Assembly (NCBI GenBank): GCA_964566025.1
Contig: CAZMHF010000001.1
Coordinates: 24,310 to 88,309 of the forward strand
Direction: 5' to 3'
Length of the DNA: 64,000 bases
Source: an uncultured Lachnospiraceae bacterium
Lineage (GTDB): Bacteria; Bacillota; Clostridia; Lachnospirales; Lachnospiraceae
Position 1 is the stretch's first letter. Each line of letters starts with the position of its first letter. Below are positions 47,493 through 58,091 of the stretch, piece by piece. A program made the translations under genes and the position numbers. The notes below the pieces were generated by a model. It was not told the DNA's origin. It was given only the letters and a program-made list of their open reading frames with translations, and ran no database searches.

Positions 47493-48332
47493 CTATTTTT
47501 TTAAATCGGTGATAACCAACACCTCTTGTAAATGCAGAAAATCCACCTTAGGAACTAAATGGCCTGATTTTGTAATATTGTTTGCATCAATTGATAGATC
47601 ATGAACAAAGCCAATTAGTAAACCAGGTAAGAACTTGCTACTGATTGAAGAAGTTACAATGATATCATTATTCTCAACCTTGGCTTCTTTATTCATTTGT
47701 AATATACGAATATGTCCCTCTGATAGCAACTCTAAATCGCCGCTAACAATACAATTGTCTAAAGTCTTTTCTGACATAGAATATACATTCATGGTATCAT
47801 CAATAATCGATGTTACCATTGCATAATTCTCGCCAACTTCTGTGATAATGCCAACCAGTCCACCATTTGCAATGACATTCATATCGACGGCAAGACCGTC
47901 ATTTGCTCCGCAGTCAATTTTAAATCGGTGATACCATTTGCCAGGATCTTTTCCAATAATGTTGGCAGATATCGTCGAATAGTTCGAATAATTTTCTTTT
48001 AGTTCAAGCAATTCTTTTAAGCGTTCTAATTCGTGTTGATCGTTAGCAAACGACAATACGGCATTTTCCAATTCTTCGTTTCTCTTTTTTAATGCCTCTA
48101 CTTCATCTAATAAATTTTCCTTGTTTTTTAACAAGTCAACCTTATCATCTACCCAATGATTCAATTTTAGAAGCTGTTTTTGAAATGGAGATATCAATGT
48201 ATTTGCAGCGTCCTTATAAAAACGAATGGTATATCCTCTCGCATAGGTAACAACAATAATGCCTAAACAAAGAATTGTAAAAGCAATTAAAATGTATTTT
48301 ATGCGATTACGGATCAATCGTTTTCGTTTCAT
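47493..48332 (-). CDS. mreC: rod shape-determining protein MreC
   Basis: N-terminal TM helix, coiled coil (ENLLDEVEALKKRNEELE), beta domain GGLVGIITEV. Confidence 0.9.
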   Translation of the reverse strand: MKRKRLIRNRIKYILIAFTILCLGIIVVTYARGYTIRFYKDAANTLISPFQKQLLKLNHWVDDKVDLLKNKENLLDEVEALKKRNEELENAVLSFANDQHELERLKELLELKENYSNYSTISANIIGKDPGKWYHRFKIDCGANDGLAVDMNVIANGGLVGIITEVGENYAMVTSIIDDTMNVYSMSEKTLDNCIVSGDLELLSEGHIRILQMNKEAKVENNDIIVTSSISSKFLPGLLIGFVHDLSIDANNITKSGHLVPKVDFLHLQEVLVITDLKK

Positions 48333-49015
48333 TATGGCAAATAACCTCGTTCTTTCAAACTAACAAAGGATTTATCTCCGATAATAATATGGTCTAATAA
48401 AGAAACGCCGACCACTTTTGATGCTTCATTAAGTTGTCGTGTAACCATAATGTCTTCTTTGCTAGGTGAAGCATCACCGCTAGGATGGTTATGCACGATA
48501 ACAATATGAACTGCTTTCTGACGCAAACTCTCGATTAAGATTTCACGCGGCGATATAATGCACGCATTAATCGTTCCTCTTGAAACAAGCGTTTCATGAA
48601 TCAAAGCCTTTTTAGTGTTTAGCATCATTAGCCATACTTCTTCTACTTCATTAAAACGAAGCTTATCAATATAATATTTTGCAATATCATATGGTGAGCG
48701 AAAAATATGCCCTTTACTAAATTCATTTAGTGAAATTCGTTTAGCTAATTCAATGACACATAAAATTTGAATCGCCTTTACTTGTCCAATTCCCTTAATA
48801 GATATCAGCTCACTGTAGCACAATTGAGTTAGTCCAACAACGCCTTGGTTATCTGTGAGTGTTAATAAGTTTTTCGCCAAGTCTAAGGAATTAATATCCT
48901 TTGTGCCATTTCTCAAAATAACGGCCATTAATTCGATGTCGGATAAAGCAGTCGCTCCATCTTGTATACATCTTTCATAAGGGCGCTCATAAGTTGGAAT
49001 TTCTTTCATGATCAT
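48332..49015 (-). CDS. radC: RadC-family (JAB/MPN) protein
   Basis: YERPYERC, ELMAVILRNG, HhH IKGIGQVKA, and the JAMM motif HNHPSGDASPSKED. The start is either 49015 or 49009. Confidence 0.9.
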   Translation of the reverse strand: MIMKEIPTYERPYERCIQDGATALSDIELMAVILRNGTKDINSLDLAKNLLTLTDNQGVVGLTQLCYSELISIKGIGQVKAIQILCVIELAKRISLNEFSKGHIFRSPYDIAKYYIDKLRFNEVEEVWLMMLNTKKALIHETLVSRGTINACIISPREILIESLRQKAVHIVIVHNHPSGDASPSKEDIMVTRQLNEASKVVGVSLLDHIIIGDKSFVSLKERGYLP

Positions 49016-49089
49016 GATTTTGTTCTCTTTTCTACTCTCCAAGTATCAATGATTACAACAAATCATTACGAGTAATTATATCATAAAAA

Positions 49090-50379
49090 TCAATCGTTGT
49101 ATAGATTAACTAGTTTTGCATTTATCAATTTCTGAAGAGACATTAGTATGCCTACTTTTCCATGATACCATGTAAGACCGCCTTGAAAATAAACTGCATA
49201 AGGAGGTTTGATGGGACCGTCGGCGCTCAGCTCAATGGAAGAACCTTGAATAAATGTTCCGGCAGCCATAATGACATCGCTATCATACCCTGGCATTGCC
49301 CATGGTTCTGGTGTGACATAACTATCAACTGGTGCCGCAGCCTGAATACCACGACAAAATTCAATAACGCGCTCTGGCTTTTCTAATATAATTGATTGAA
49401 TAATATCATGTCGTTTTTCTTTTGAAGAAGGAATGACTGTAAATCCTAAAGCTTCATAAATAGAGGCGGCGAAAATAGCGCTCTTTAATGCGCCACTAAC
49501 AACTGTTGGAGCTAGAAAAAGACCTTGATAGAAGGATGGCATAATTCCTAAATTTGCACCAACCTCTTGTCCTAATCCTGGTGCACTTAAACGATACGCA
49601 CACATGTCAATACATTTTTTTGTTCCGACAATATACCCACCAATAGGCGCCAATCCACCACCTGGATTTTTGATTAATGACCCTACTGTCATATCACTTC
49701 CAACATCAGATGGTTCTATCGTTTCAACAAATTCTCCATAACAATTATCTACCATAACAATTAGTGATGGCTTAATCGATTTTACATAGGCAATAACCTC
49801 ACCTATTGCCGCAACCGACAACGTTGGTCTTGTTTGGTAGCCTTTAGAACGTTGAATGGCAATTACTTTGGTATTTTCTAGAATAGCATTCTTAATTTTC
49901 TCAAAATCGAAAGAACCATCTTCCAATAAATCGACTTGTGAATACGAAATATTGAATTCTTTCAATGAGCCACTACTCTCACGAATTCCAATTACCTCTT
50001 CTAGTGTATCATATGGTTTCCCAGAAATAGATAGAAGCTCATCTCCAGGTCGTAACACTGCTGACAAAGCAATCGCTAATGCATGAGTTCCACATGTAAT
50101 TTGCAAACGAACTAATGCTGCTTCTGTGTGAAAAACATCTGCATATACGCATTCGAGAGCATCTCTGCCTTGGTCATTATAACCATACCCCGTTGTTGCC
50201 GCAAAATGCATATCACTAATCTGGTTTTTTTGCATTGCATGTAAAACCTTTAATTGATTATATTCCGCGATTTCATCAATTTCTTGAAACGTTGTTGTTA
50301 GTGTTTTTAATTTTTCTTCACCAAATAAAAACACATCCTCGTCGATTCCTAATTGTTGGTACATATTAAGTTGCTTCAT
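49090..50379 (-). CDS. PLP-dependent YnbB / aluminium-resistance family protein
   Basis: GSLIKNPGGGLAPIGGYI PLP-lysine region and TTGYGYND, conserved downstream of miaA. Confidence 0.8.
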   Translation of the reverse strand: MKQLNMYQQLGIDEDVFLFGEEKLKTLTTTFQEIDEIAEYNQLKVLHAMQKNQISDMHFAATTGYGYNDQGRDALECVYADVFHTEAALVRLQITCGTHALAIALSAVLRPGDELLSISGKPYDTLEEVIGIRESSGSLKEFNISYSQVDLLEDGSFDFEKIKNAILENTKVIAIQRSKGYQTRPTLSVAAIGEVIAYVKSIKPSLIVMVDNCYGEFVETIEPSDVGSDMTVGSLIKNPGGGLAPIGGYIVGTKKCIDMCAYRLSAPGLGQEVGANLGIMPSFYQGLFLAPTVVSGALKSAIFAASIYEALGFTVIPSSKEKRHDIIQSIILEKPERVIEFCRGIQAAAPVDSYVTPEPWAMPGYDSDVIMAAGTFIQGSSIELSADGPIKPPYAVYFQGGLTWYHGKVGILMSLQKLINAKLVNLYND

Positions 50380-51334
50380 TTGTTTTACCTAATAATCTTT
50401 CTTTTATATCTTTTATTAAAAATTCGCTTACCAATAAATCGTCCATATCAAATGCTTCCTTGTCGATAAAACGCACATTTTTTTCGCGTTGAAACCATGT
50501 AAGCTGTCGTTTAGCAAAATGTCGTGTGTCACGTTTTAGTGTATAAATTGCTTCCTCTAAGGTACATTCACCATCAAGATAGGTCAAAATTTCTTTGTAT
50601 CCAAGTCCTTTCATTGAAATATGATGTTTATTTAGGCCTCGTTTCTTTAATTGTTTCACTTCATCAACTAAACCTGCTTTAATCATCTCATCAACTCGTT
50701 TATCAATACGCTCATACAGTATATTTCGATCGCTTGCTGTTAACACATAATATAAGCATTGATAGGCAGGAGGCTTTTCTCTTTCACGCGCGTTATGCGT
50801 CGAAATTTTTTCATTGGTTTCCATATAATATTCTAGTGCACGTATTACTCTCTTCACATTATTCGCATGAATGATGCTTGCACTCTCTGGATCGACTAGC
50901 TGTAGCTGTGCATGCAAAAAGGCCTCGCCTTTTTCTTCATAGACTTTTTGAAGTGTATTGCGTATATCAGTTTGTGCGTTACCTTTTGAAAAATCAACAT
51001 CGTATAATACCGATTGTATATAAAAGCCCGTTCCACCTACTATAATAGGCAAATGTCCTCGACGATAACATTCCTCAATACTTTTTGACGCATCTTCTTT
51101 AAAACGCGCAATATTGTAATCTTCTTCGGGTTCAATATAATCAATCAAATGATGTAAAACACCTTGTTGTTCATCTTTTGTTATTTTCGCTGTGCCAATA
51201 TTCATTTCTTTATAAACTTGCATAGAATCAGCACTAATAATCTCTCCATCTAATGCTTTTGCAAGCAAAATAGAGAGATTTGTTTTTCCGATAGCGGTTG
51301 GACCAGTAAGGATAACAAGTGGCTTTTTATTCAT
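50366..51334 (-). CDS. miaA: tRNA dimethylallyltransferase
   Basis: GPTAIGKT P-loop, DSMQVYK, GGTGFY. Confidence 0.95.
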   Translation of the reverse strand: MNKKPLVILTGPTAIGKTNLSILLAKALDGEIISADSMQVYKEMNIGTAKITKDEQQGVLHHLIDYIEPEEDYNIARFKEDASKSIEECYRRGHLPIIVGGTGFYIQSVLYDVDFSKGNAQTDIRNTLQKVYEEKGEAFLHAQLQLVDPESASIIHANNVKRVIRALEYYMETNEKISTHNAREREKPPAYQCLYYVLTASDRNILYERIDKRVDEMIKAGLVDEVKQLKKRGLNKHHISMKGLGYKEILTYLDGECTLEEAIYTLKRDTRHFAKRQLTWFQREKNVRFIDKEAFDMDDLLVSEFLIKDIKERLLGKTNEAT

Positions 51335-51335
51335 T

Positions 51336-53147
51336 TTAGAGAACCCTCTTAAACTTCTTTTCTAATTCATAACGTGACATTTTAATAATAGTAGGACGTC
51401 CATGTGGACAACTATATGGATTTTCACAAAGCAATAATTCATCAATTAACTTATTTAATTCCATCATTGATAATGAATCGTGACCTTTTACGGCCGCTTT
51501 ACAAGCAATCGAGGCAAATTTAGCTTCAATCATTTCGCTTGTATTGGCCAAATTACTTTCCCCTAAATCATCTAGTAATTCTATGAACAGCTCTTTCTTT
51601 TTTAAGGAAGGAAGTGCCATTGGAATTCCACGAATAGCAACATCTCTATCTCCATACTCTTCTATTTCAAATCCAAATGCCGTAAATACCGCCTTATGCT
51701 TATGGAAAACATTAAATTCACTCAATGTTAATGTAATAATTAATGGTGTAATTAATAATTGTGTTTCCATTGTTTTTTGTTTAAATGCAGATAAAAAACG
51801 CTCATATAAGACTTTTTCATGTGCAGCATGCTGATCACATATAAACAAATGATTATCATATTCAATTAGACAATATGTATCAAATAATTGACCAATTAAT
51901 TTATGTTGTATTCGTGCTGTAGGTGTTAGCAATTTATTTTCATCGAATATATTTCCCTGAACAGAGATAGCTTTTTTATTTTCCTCATAGGGGAGTGTAT
52001 CTTCTCTTGCAGCAAATTCTGTATTTTGATAGGTGTACCCCGTATTAAAATTCGTATAATCAACCATTCGTTTTTGTTCAAATGGTTCAAATGTTTTTTC
52101 TAAAACGATTGGTTCTTGAGAAACAATTGGTTTTTCTTCTTTGACAGTTGGTATATGTTCTTTTTTTGATAAACATTCGGAAACAACGGATAACAATTGG
52201 TGAAATAAAACATCCTCGTTTTGAAAGCGAATTTCCATTTTTGTTGGATGAACATTAACATCAATAAATTGTTGTGGAATATCAAAGTATAACATAACAA
52301 ATGGAAACCGATGTTGCATGAGAAACGGCTTATATGCTTGTTCAATTGCCTTTTCAATTAGTTTGCTTCGAATATATCTACCATTTACAAAATACGTTTC
52401 AAATGATTTATTTGCACGTGCTATTGATGGATTCCCTAAATAACCTTTGACTTCAAAAAAATCACTTTTAAAATCAATGTTAATAAGTTCGTTTGCCATA
52501 TTTCTTCCGTATACAATATAAATCAAATCTTTAAGGTTGCTTTTTCCCGTTGTGAATATTTTTGATTTTGAATCAATAATCAAACGAAAGGAAATGGAAG
52601 GATGACTTAGTGCTAATTTCTCTACTACATTTGCAATATAGGACGCTTCCGTTGATGTTGTTTTAAGAAATTCCTTTCGCGCTGGCGTATTAAAAAATAA
52701 ATTGCGAACAATAATGGTTGTTCCATCTGGAGCACCGACTGCTTCATAAGCTCTCTCTAATCCGCCCTCTATTCGATAAGAGCCACCTAATGTTGCCGAA
52801 GCAGGCTTTGTGATTAATTCAACTTGAGCAACCGCAGCAATACTTGATAATGCCTCGCCACGAAAACCCAATGATTTTACCGTCAATAAATCCATCGCGT
52901 TGGCAATTTTACTAGTTGCATGCCTTAAAAAGGCTAATGGAATTTCATCATAAGCAATACCACATCCATTGTCAGTAACTCGGATATAGCTTTTTCCACC
53001 CTCTTTTATTTCAATTGTAATAGCACTTGCGCCTGAATCAATGGAATTTTCACATAATTCCTTCACAATTGAAGCTGGTTTTTCAATTACCTCTCCCGCT
53101 GCAATTTGATAAATAGTGTTTTGATCTAACAATTGGATTGTTGGCAT
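51336..53147 (-). CDS. mutL: DNA mismatch repair protein MutL
   Basis: GHKL ATPase (ELCENSIDSGA, DNGCGI, GFRGEAL). C-terminal endonuclease motif DQHAAHEKVLYE and CPHGRP. Confidence 0.96.
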   Translation of the reverse strand: MPTIQLLDQNTIYQIAAGEVIEKPASIVKELCENSIDSGASAITIEIKEGGKSYIRVTDNGCGIAYDEIPLAFLRHATSKIANAMDLLTVKSLGFRGEALSSIAAVAQVELITKPASATLGGSYRIEGGLERAYEAVGAPDGTTIIVRNLFFNTPARKEFLKTTSTEASYIANVVEKLALSHPSISFRLIIDSKSKIFTTGKSNLKDLIYIVYGRNMANELINIDFKSDFFEVKGYLGNPSIARANKSFETYFVNGRYIRSKLIEKAIEQAYKPFLMQHRFPFVMLYFDIPQQFIDVNVHPTKMEIRFQNEDVLFHQLLSVVSECLSKKEHIPTVKEEKPIVSQEPIVLEKTFEPFEQKRMVDYTNFNTGYTYQNTEFAAREDTLPYEENKKAISVQGNIFDENKLLTPTARIQHKLIGQLFDTYCLIEYDNHLFICDQHAAHEKVLYERFLSAFKQKTMETQLLITPLIITLTLSEFNVFHKHKAVFTAFGFEIEEYGDRDVAIRGIPMALPSLKKKELFIELLDDLGESNLANTSEMIEAKFASIACKAAVKGHDSLSMMELNKLIDELLLCENPYSCPHGRPTIIKMSRYELEKKFKRVL

Positions 53148-53168
53148 ATTTGTTTTCTCCTACTTGTC

Positions 53169-55838
53169 CTATTTGTCAATTACATCATTAATGTGAATGC
53201 GATTTTTCAATTTTATTTGAAGTTGATATAATGTATTCAATGCATCAATGGGTGTCATTTTTGAAAGAGACAAATCCATAATTTCATCAATAATCATTGT
53301 TTCATTTACCGTTTCAAATATCGTTAATTGATTACTATCCACTTCATCTAATGGTTTAATGCGTTTTTTAATTGGTGTATCCTTTGTTGTCATTGCTTTT
53401 ACATTTTGTGCAATTTCAGCATCCATTAATTCCTGTACTAATTCTTTTGATCGATTAATAACCATTTCAGGAACACCTGCAAGCTTGGCTACTTGTATTC
53501 CATAACTTTTATCCGCACTACCTTTAATAATTTTCCGAAGAAAAATAATATCTTCGCCTTGCTCTTTCACAGCGATGCAAAAATTATTCACTCCACTAAT
53601 CATACCTTCTAATTCTGTTAATTCATGATAATGGGTTGCAAACAGCGTTTTCGCACCAATTAATTTTGTGTTGGCAATATATTCGGTTACTGCCCATGCG
53701 ATGCTTAATCCATCAATTGTGGATGTGCCGCGACCAATTTCATCTAAGATTAATAGGCTTTTTTCGGTTGCATTGCGCAAAATATTTGCAACCTCTGTCA
53801 TCTCCACCATAAATGTACTTTGACCAGAGGATAAATCATCCGAAGCCCCTACTCGCGTAAAAATACGATCACTAATGCAAACATTCGCGCTTTGTGCAGG
53901 AACAAAAGAACCAATTTGAGCCATGATGGCTATCAAAGCCGTTTGGCGCATATAAGTTGACTTTCCAGCCATATTTGGTCCAGTAATAATCGCAATCCGA
54001 TTCTGTTGTTGATCTAAATATACGTCATTTGTAACAAATTGATCGCTTGACATCATCTTTTCGATAACAGGATGTCGTCCTTGCTTAATGTCAATTATGC
54101 CACTTTTATTAATTTTAGGTTTTACATAGTGATTACGTTCCGCAACTACGGCTAATGAAATAAATAAATCAATTAATGCAATGACATTTGCTGTTTTTTT
54201 GATTCGCTCTACGTCATTGGCAATGGATTCTCGAATTTGACAAAACAATTCGTATTCAAGTGCATTTAATTTATCCTGTGCTCCTAGAATGGTGTCTTCA
54301 AGCTCTTTTAATTCAGGTGTTGTGAATCGTTCAGCAGAGGCAAGTGTTTGTCTTCTTATATAACGTTCTGGAACGCTATCCTTATAGGAATTCGTTACTT
54401 CAATATAATAACCAAATACTTTATTGTATTTTATTTTTAATGTCTTAATGCCTGATTGCTCGCGCTCTCGTTGTTCGAGATCTAGTATCCAGTTTCGTCC
54501 CTCGGTACGGGACATATATAAACGATCCGCTTCTTCATGAAAGCCTCTTTTTATAATACCACTTTCTTTTAGGGCTAGAGGGGCCTCTTCATCAATAGCT
54601 TTTTCTAATAAATCATGTATACTTTCTAATGGATCAAATGCGTGATAAATTTCTGCAATAGGTTCTTCTTTGAAATTACTTAACAAATTTTTGATATGAG
54701 GTAGCATGGATAGGGACGATTTAAACGCTAATAAATCTCTAGGATTAGCACTACCATAACATATCTTACTAATTAAACGCTCCAAATCATATATGGATGA
54801 TAAGTATTCACGCATTTCCTCGCGGTTAATATATTGTTCAAGGAATGCACTAATAATCTCCTGTCTTTTTAAAATTTCATTTCTATCTAACAGAGGTTGT
54901 TCAATATATTTACGAAGCAAACGAGCTCCCATAGCCGTTTTCGTTTGATCAAGCACCCACAAAAGCGATCCTCGTTTTTGTTTTTCACGCATAGTTTCGG
55001 TTAATTCAAGATTACGTCTCGTTGACAAATCGAGCAACACATATTGATCTCCCTGATACAGTGTCAGGGTTGCAATGTGAGCTAAGTGATTTTTTTGTGT
55101 TTGATATAAATATTGCAACAATGATCCACTTGCAAAAATTGCATTAAATTGTTCATCAATTCCAAGAGCCTCGTAAGAAGACGCATGAAATTGTTTCATA
55201 ATCGCTTGTTTACAAGAAATATCATCGTAATAATGCGTCGGTAGTTGACTTGACACAAATGATATTTTCTCTTTTATGGCCTCTAAATCAATACCACTTA
55301 ATAAAAACAAATCATTATAGACAATTTCAAGTGGTGCAAAGCGATTAATTGCATCACTTAATTGTTCCTTTGTCATCGCTTGCGTCACTAAAAACTCACC
55401 TGTGGTAATATCGCAAATAGCCATTCCAAATTGATTGTTGTAGAAAAAAACATCCATTATGTAGTGATTCTTTTTTTCATCAAGACTTTGTGAGGCAATG
55501 TTTGTACCTGGCGTAACAATACGCACAACATCTCTTTTAACAATCCCTTTTGCAAATTTAGGGTCTTCAATTTGCTCTACAATCGCAACTTTGTACCCCT
55601 TTTGAACAAGACGATCCAAATAATTTTCGGCAGCATGATAAGGAACGCCACACATGGGCGCCTTTTCTTTAAGGCCACAATCTCTTCCTGTTAACGTAAT
55701 CTCTAACTCTTTCGAAGCGACAAGCGCGTCTTCAAAAAACATTTCATAAAAATCACCTAATCGATAAAAAATAATGCAGTCCTTGTAGTTTTCTTTTGTG
55801 TCAACATAATGTTGCATCATTGGAGATAATGTTGCCAT
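53169..55838 (-). CDS. mutS: DNA mismatch repair protein MutS
   Basis: TPMMQHY, GDFYEMF mismatch-binding motif, Walker A GPNMAGKST, DEIGRGTS, FATHYHEL. Confidence 0.97.
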   Translation of the reverse strand: MATLSPMMQHYVDTKENYKDCIIFYRLGDFYEMFFEDALVASKELEITLTGRDCGLKEKAPMCGVPYHAAENYLDRLVQKGYKVAIVEQIEDPKFAKGIVKRDVVRIVTPGTNIASQSLDEKKNHYIMDVFFYNNQFGMAICDITTGEFLVTQAMTKEQLSDAINRFAPLEIVYNDLFLLSGIDLEAIKEKISFVSSQLPTHYYDDISCKQAIMKQFHASSYEALGIDEQFNAIFASGSLLQYLYQTQKNHLAHIATLTLYQGDQYVLLDLSTRRNLELTETMREKQKRGSLLWVLDQTKTAMGARLLRKYIEQPLLDRNEILKRQEIISAFLEQYINREEMREYLSSIYDLERLISKICYGSANPRDLLAFKSSLSMLPHIKNLLSNFKEEPIAEIYHAFDPLESIHDLLEKAIDEEAPLALKESGIIKRGFHEEADRLYMSRTEGRNWILDLEQREREQSGIKTLKIKYNKVFGYYIEVTNSYKDSVPERYIRRQTLASAERFTTPELKELEDTILGAQDKLNALEYELFCQIRESIANDVERIKKTANVIALIDLFISLAVVAERNHYVKPKINKSGIIDIKQGRHPVIEKMMSSDQFVTNDVYLDQQQNRIAIITGPNMAGKSTYMRQTALIAIMAQIGSFVPAQSANVCISDRIFTRVGASDDLSSGQSTFMVEMTEVANILRNATEKSLLILDEIGRGTSTIDGLSIAWAVTEYIANTKLIGAKTLFATHYHELTELEGMISGVNNFCIAVKEQGEDIIFLRKIIKGSADKSYGIQVAKLAGVPEMVINRSKELVQELMDAEIAQNVKAMTTKDTPIKKRIKPLDEVDSNQLTIFETVNETMIIDEIMDLSLSKMTPIDALNTLYQLQIKLKNRIHINDVIDK

Positions 55839-55861
55839 ACTTTTCCCTGTTCTCTTTAAAT

Positions 55862-57298
55862 TTATCCGTTATTTACTAATGTACCATAGTAATAAAATCC
55901 TTTTAATTCATCTAAGGATACGCTTTGGAATGTGCCAATCAGCGAAGGTTCTCCTTTAAAATGCACGAGCATATTATTGGATAAACGTCCCGATAATAAG
56001 GTCTCGTCGAACTCGCTTGTTCCTTCTACTAACACCTCTGCAATACCTTTTACAAAATCATCACATCTCTTCTTTGATAGCTCGCTAATGGTATCTAATA
56101 ATTGATCAAATCGCTTATGAACTATTTCAGAAGGCACTTGTTCTTCCATGATTGCCGCAGGCGTTCCTGTCCGCTTCGAATAAATAAACGTAAAAGCACT
56201 ATCAAAACGAACCTTTTTAACAACATCAATTGTCTCTAAAAAATCTTCGTCTGTTTCACCAGGAAAACCAACAATAATATCCGTTGTCAGCGAAATCTCT
56301 GGTATAGCATCTTTAATTTTTTGTGCTAGTAAAATAAAATCCTCTTTTGTATAACGGCGATTCATTTTTTCTAGCATTGAACTACTTCCTGATTGAAGTG
56401 GCAAATGTAAATGTCGACATATTTTCGGTGAACGTTTCATCACCTCAATTAATTCATCTGACAAATCTTTAGGATGTGAAGTCATAAAACGAACTCGTTT
56501 TATTCCCTCTATTTGAACAATCTCTTCAAGTAATTGTGCAAAGGTTATTGGTGTGGAAAGATTTTTTCCATAAGAGTTTACATTTTGTCCAAGAAGCATA
56601 ATTTCAACAACACCCTCACCAACAAGCTTATGTATCTCTTTTAAAATATCTTCCTTTTCTCGACTTCTCTCTCTTCCTCTTACATAAGGAACAATGCAAT
56701 AACTACAAAAATTATTGCATCCGAACATAATATTAACTCCTGATTTAAAATGATATTTTCGTTTTGCAGGTAATTCTTCAACAATCTGCGTCGTGTCTTT
56801 CCAAATATCAATCACCATTTTTTTTGTTGTGAAACGTTCAAATAGTAACTCCGCTATCTTAAATATATTATGTGTTCCAAATATAATATCAACAAAACGA
56901 TAGCTTTTTTTTATCTTTTCAACAACGGCTTCTTCTTGCATCATGCAACCACATAACGCAATCATCAAATTAGGATTTTTTCGTTTCAAACTATTTAGAA
57001 ATCCTAATCGTCCAAAAACCTTTTGGTTCGCATTTTCTCGAACCGTACATGTATTATAAACAATTAAATCTGCCTCTTCTTCCTTCGTTGTCTCTTCGTA
57101 TCCAATTTGCGTTAAAATCCCTAATAATTTTTCAGAATCTTTTGCATTCATTTGACAGCCAACCACTAAATTAAATACCTTTAGCGGACGGCCTAATGCG
57201 TGTTCAAGCGTATATATATGTTTTTTTGCTTCATTTATAAAATAATATTGTCTCTCTGGTTCCTTGATTGGAACTAGTGTTTTTTCATTTTCAAACAT
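55862..57298 (-). CDS. miaB: tRNA-2-methylthio-N6-dimethylallyladenosine synthase
   Basis: MTTase N-domain GCQMN, radical SAM CNNFCSYCIVP, C-terminal TRAM domain. ATG 57298 (MFENEK) is preferred over the ORF-track start at 57349, which overlaps the upstream gene. Confidence 0.93.
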   Translation of the reverse strand: MFENEKTLVPIKEPERQYYFINEAKKHIYTLEHALGRPLKVFNLVVGCQMNAKDSEKLLGILTQIGYEETTKEEEADLIVYNTCTVRENANQKVFGRLGFLNSLKRKNPNLMIALCGCMMQEEAVVEKIKKSYRFVDIIFGTHNIFKIAELLFERFTTKKMVIDIWKDTTQIVEELPAKRKYHFKSGVNIMFGCNNFCSYCIVPYVRGRERSREKEDILKEIHKLVGEGVVEIMLLGQNVNSYGKNLSTPITFAQLLEEIVQIEGIKRVRFMTSHPKDLSDELIEVMKRSPKICRHLHLPLQSGSSSMLEKMNRRYTKEDFILLAQKIKDAIPEISLTTDIIVGFPGETDEDFLETIDVVKKVRFDSAFTFIYSKRTGTPAAIMEEQVPSEIVHKRFDQLLDTISELSKKRCDDFVKGIAEVLVEGTSEFDETLLSGRLSNNMLVHFKGEPSLIGTFQSVSLDELKGFYYYGTLVNNG

Positions 57299-57318
57299 AA
57301 AACCCCTTTCTAACGATA

Positions 57319-57864
57319 CTAATCCGTAAGATAATCGGTTAATCGACAATCGTGTTCTTCAATGGGAATCGCATTGTTTTTATTAATGGAAAATGATAAG
57401 CCCATTGTTTTTGTTGATATATATTGCTGAATATATGTATCGTAATAACCACCACCATAGCCAATCCGATAGTGATCCTCTCGAATACCTAAGCACGGAA
57501 CAATTATCAAGGTTGTATCATTTGGTATCATCAACGTTGTCATTTTACATGGTTGACGAATTCCCCATTTCCCAATAACACAATCCTCTAAGGAGTTTAG
57601 TTTGTAGAAATGCATTCTCCGTTTGTTTTCACAACTTGGTACTGCGACTGTTTTTTTCTGCTGTAAAGCTTCTTGTATAATAAGATTTGTTCCAACTTCT
57701 TCATCTGTTGATAAATAAATAAAAATAGTATTCGCTTCTTTAAAAAGAGGATGCTCAATTACTTTCTTCGTAATGATTAATGAAAGCTCTTCTCTCTTTT
57801 CTTTTCCAAGCAAAGAACGATTTTGTAATAGCCTTTTTCGCCAGCTTGATTTATGCATCATCAA
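57319..57864 (-). CDS. 5-formyltetrahydrofolate cyclo-ligase
   Basis: KSSWRKRLL N-terminus and the IGYGGGYYD motif. Confidence 0.85.
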   Translation of the reverse strand: MMMHKSSWRKRLLQNRSLLGKEKREELSLIITKKVIEHPLFKEANTIFIYLSTDEEVGTNLIIQEALQQKKTVAVPSCENKRRMHFYKLNSLEDCVIGKWGIRQPCKMTTLMIPNDTTLIIVPCLGIREDHYRIGYGGGYYDTYIQQYISTKTMGLSFSINKNNAIPIEEHDCRLTDYLTD

Positions 57865-58091
57865 ATTTCCTTTTTGAATTTTTTATCATGACGCTCTTTG
57901 ACATCAATAACCGTTCCATCTTCTTCTTGAATTTTAATTGATTCAAGACTGCCACGTAGATTTTCTCGAAAGGCAGTAATATACTCTTTGCGAAGCAAGA
58001 TTTGCTCCTTTTCTTCCTCAGATGTTAATCCAGTTGCTTTCTTTTTATGGTACAACTCATTAATCCGATTAATTGTTTTTTCGGTAATCAT
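57861..58091 (-). CDS. UPF0291/DUF896 protein (YnzC-like)
   Basis: 76 aa; INELYHKKK..GLT..E..EQ..LR.EY pattern. Confidence 0.75.
   Translation of the reverse strand: MITEKTINRINELYHKKKATGLTSEEEKEQILLRKEYITAFRENLRGSLESIKIQEEDGTVIDVKERHDKKFKKEI

Noticed and set aside
50366-50379. Missing hfq after miaA; mutS-mutL-miaA-hfq is the Bacillus/Clostridium order.
   Set aside because: miaA overlaps the YnbB-family gene directly, so hfq is not at this locus. Absence or relocation of hfq is common in several Firmicute lineages and cannot be judged from one window.
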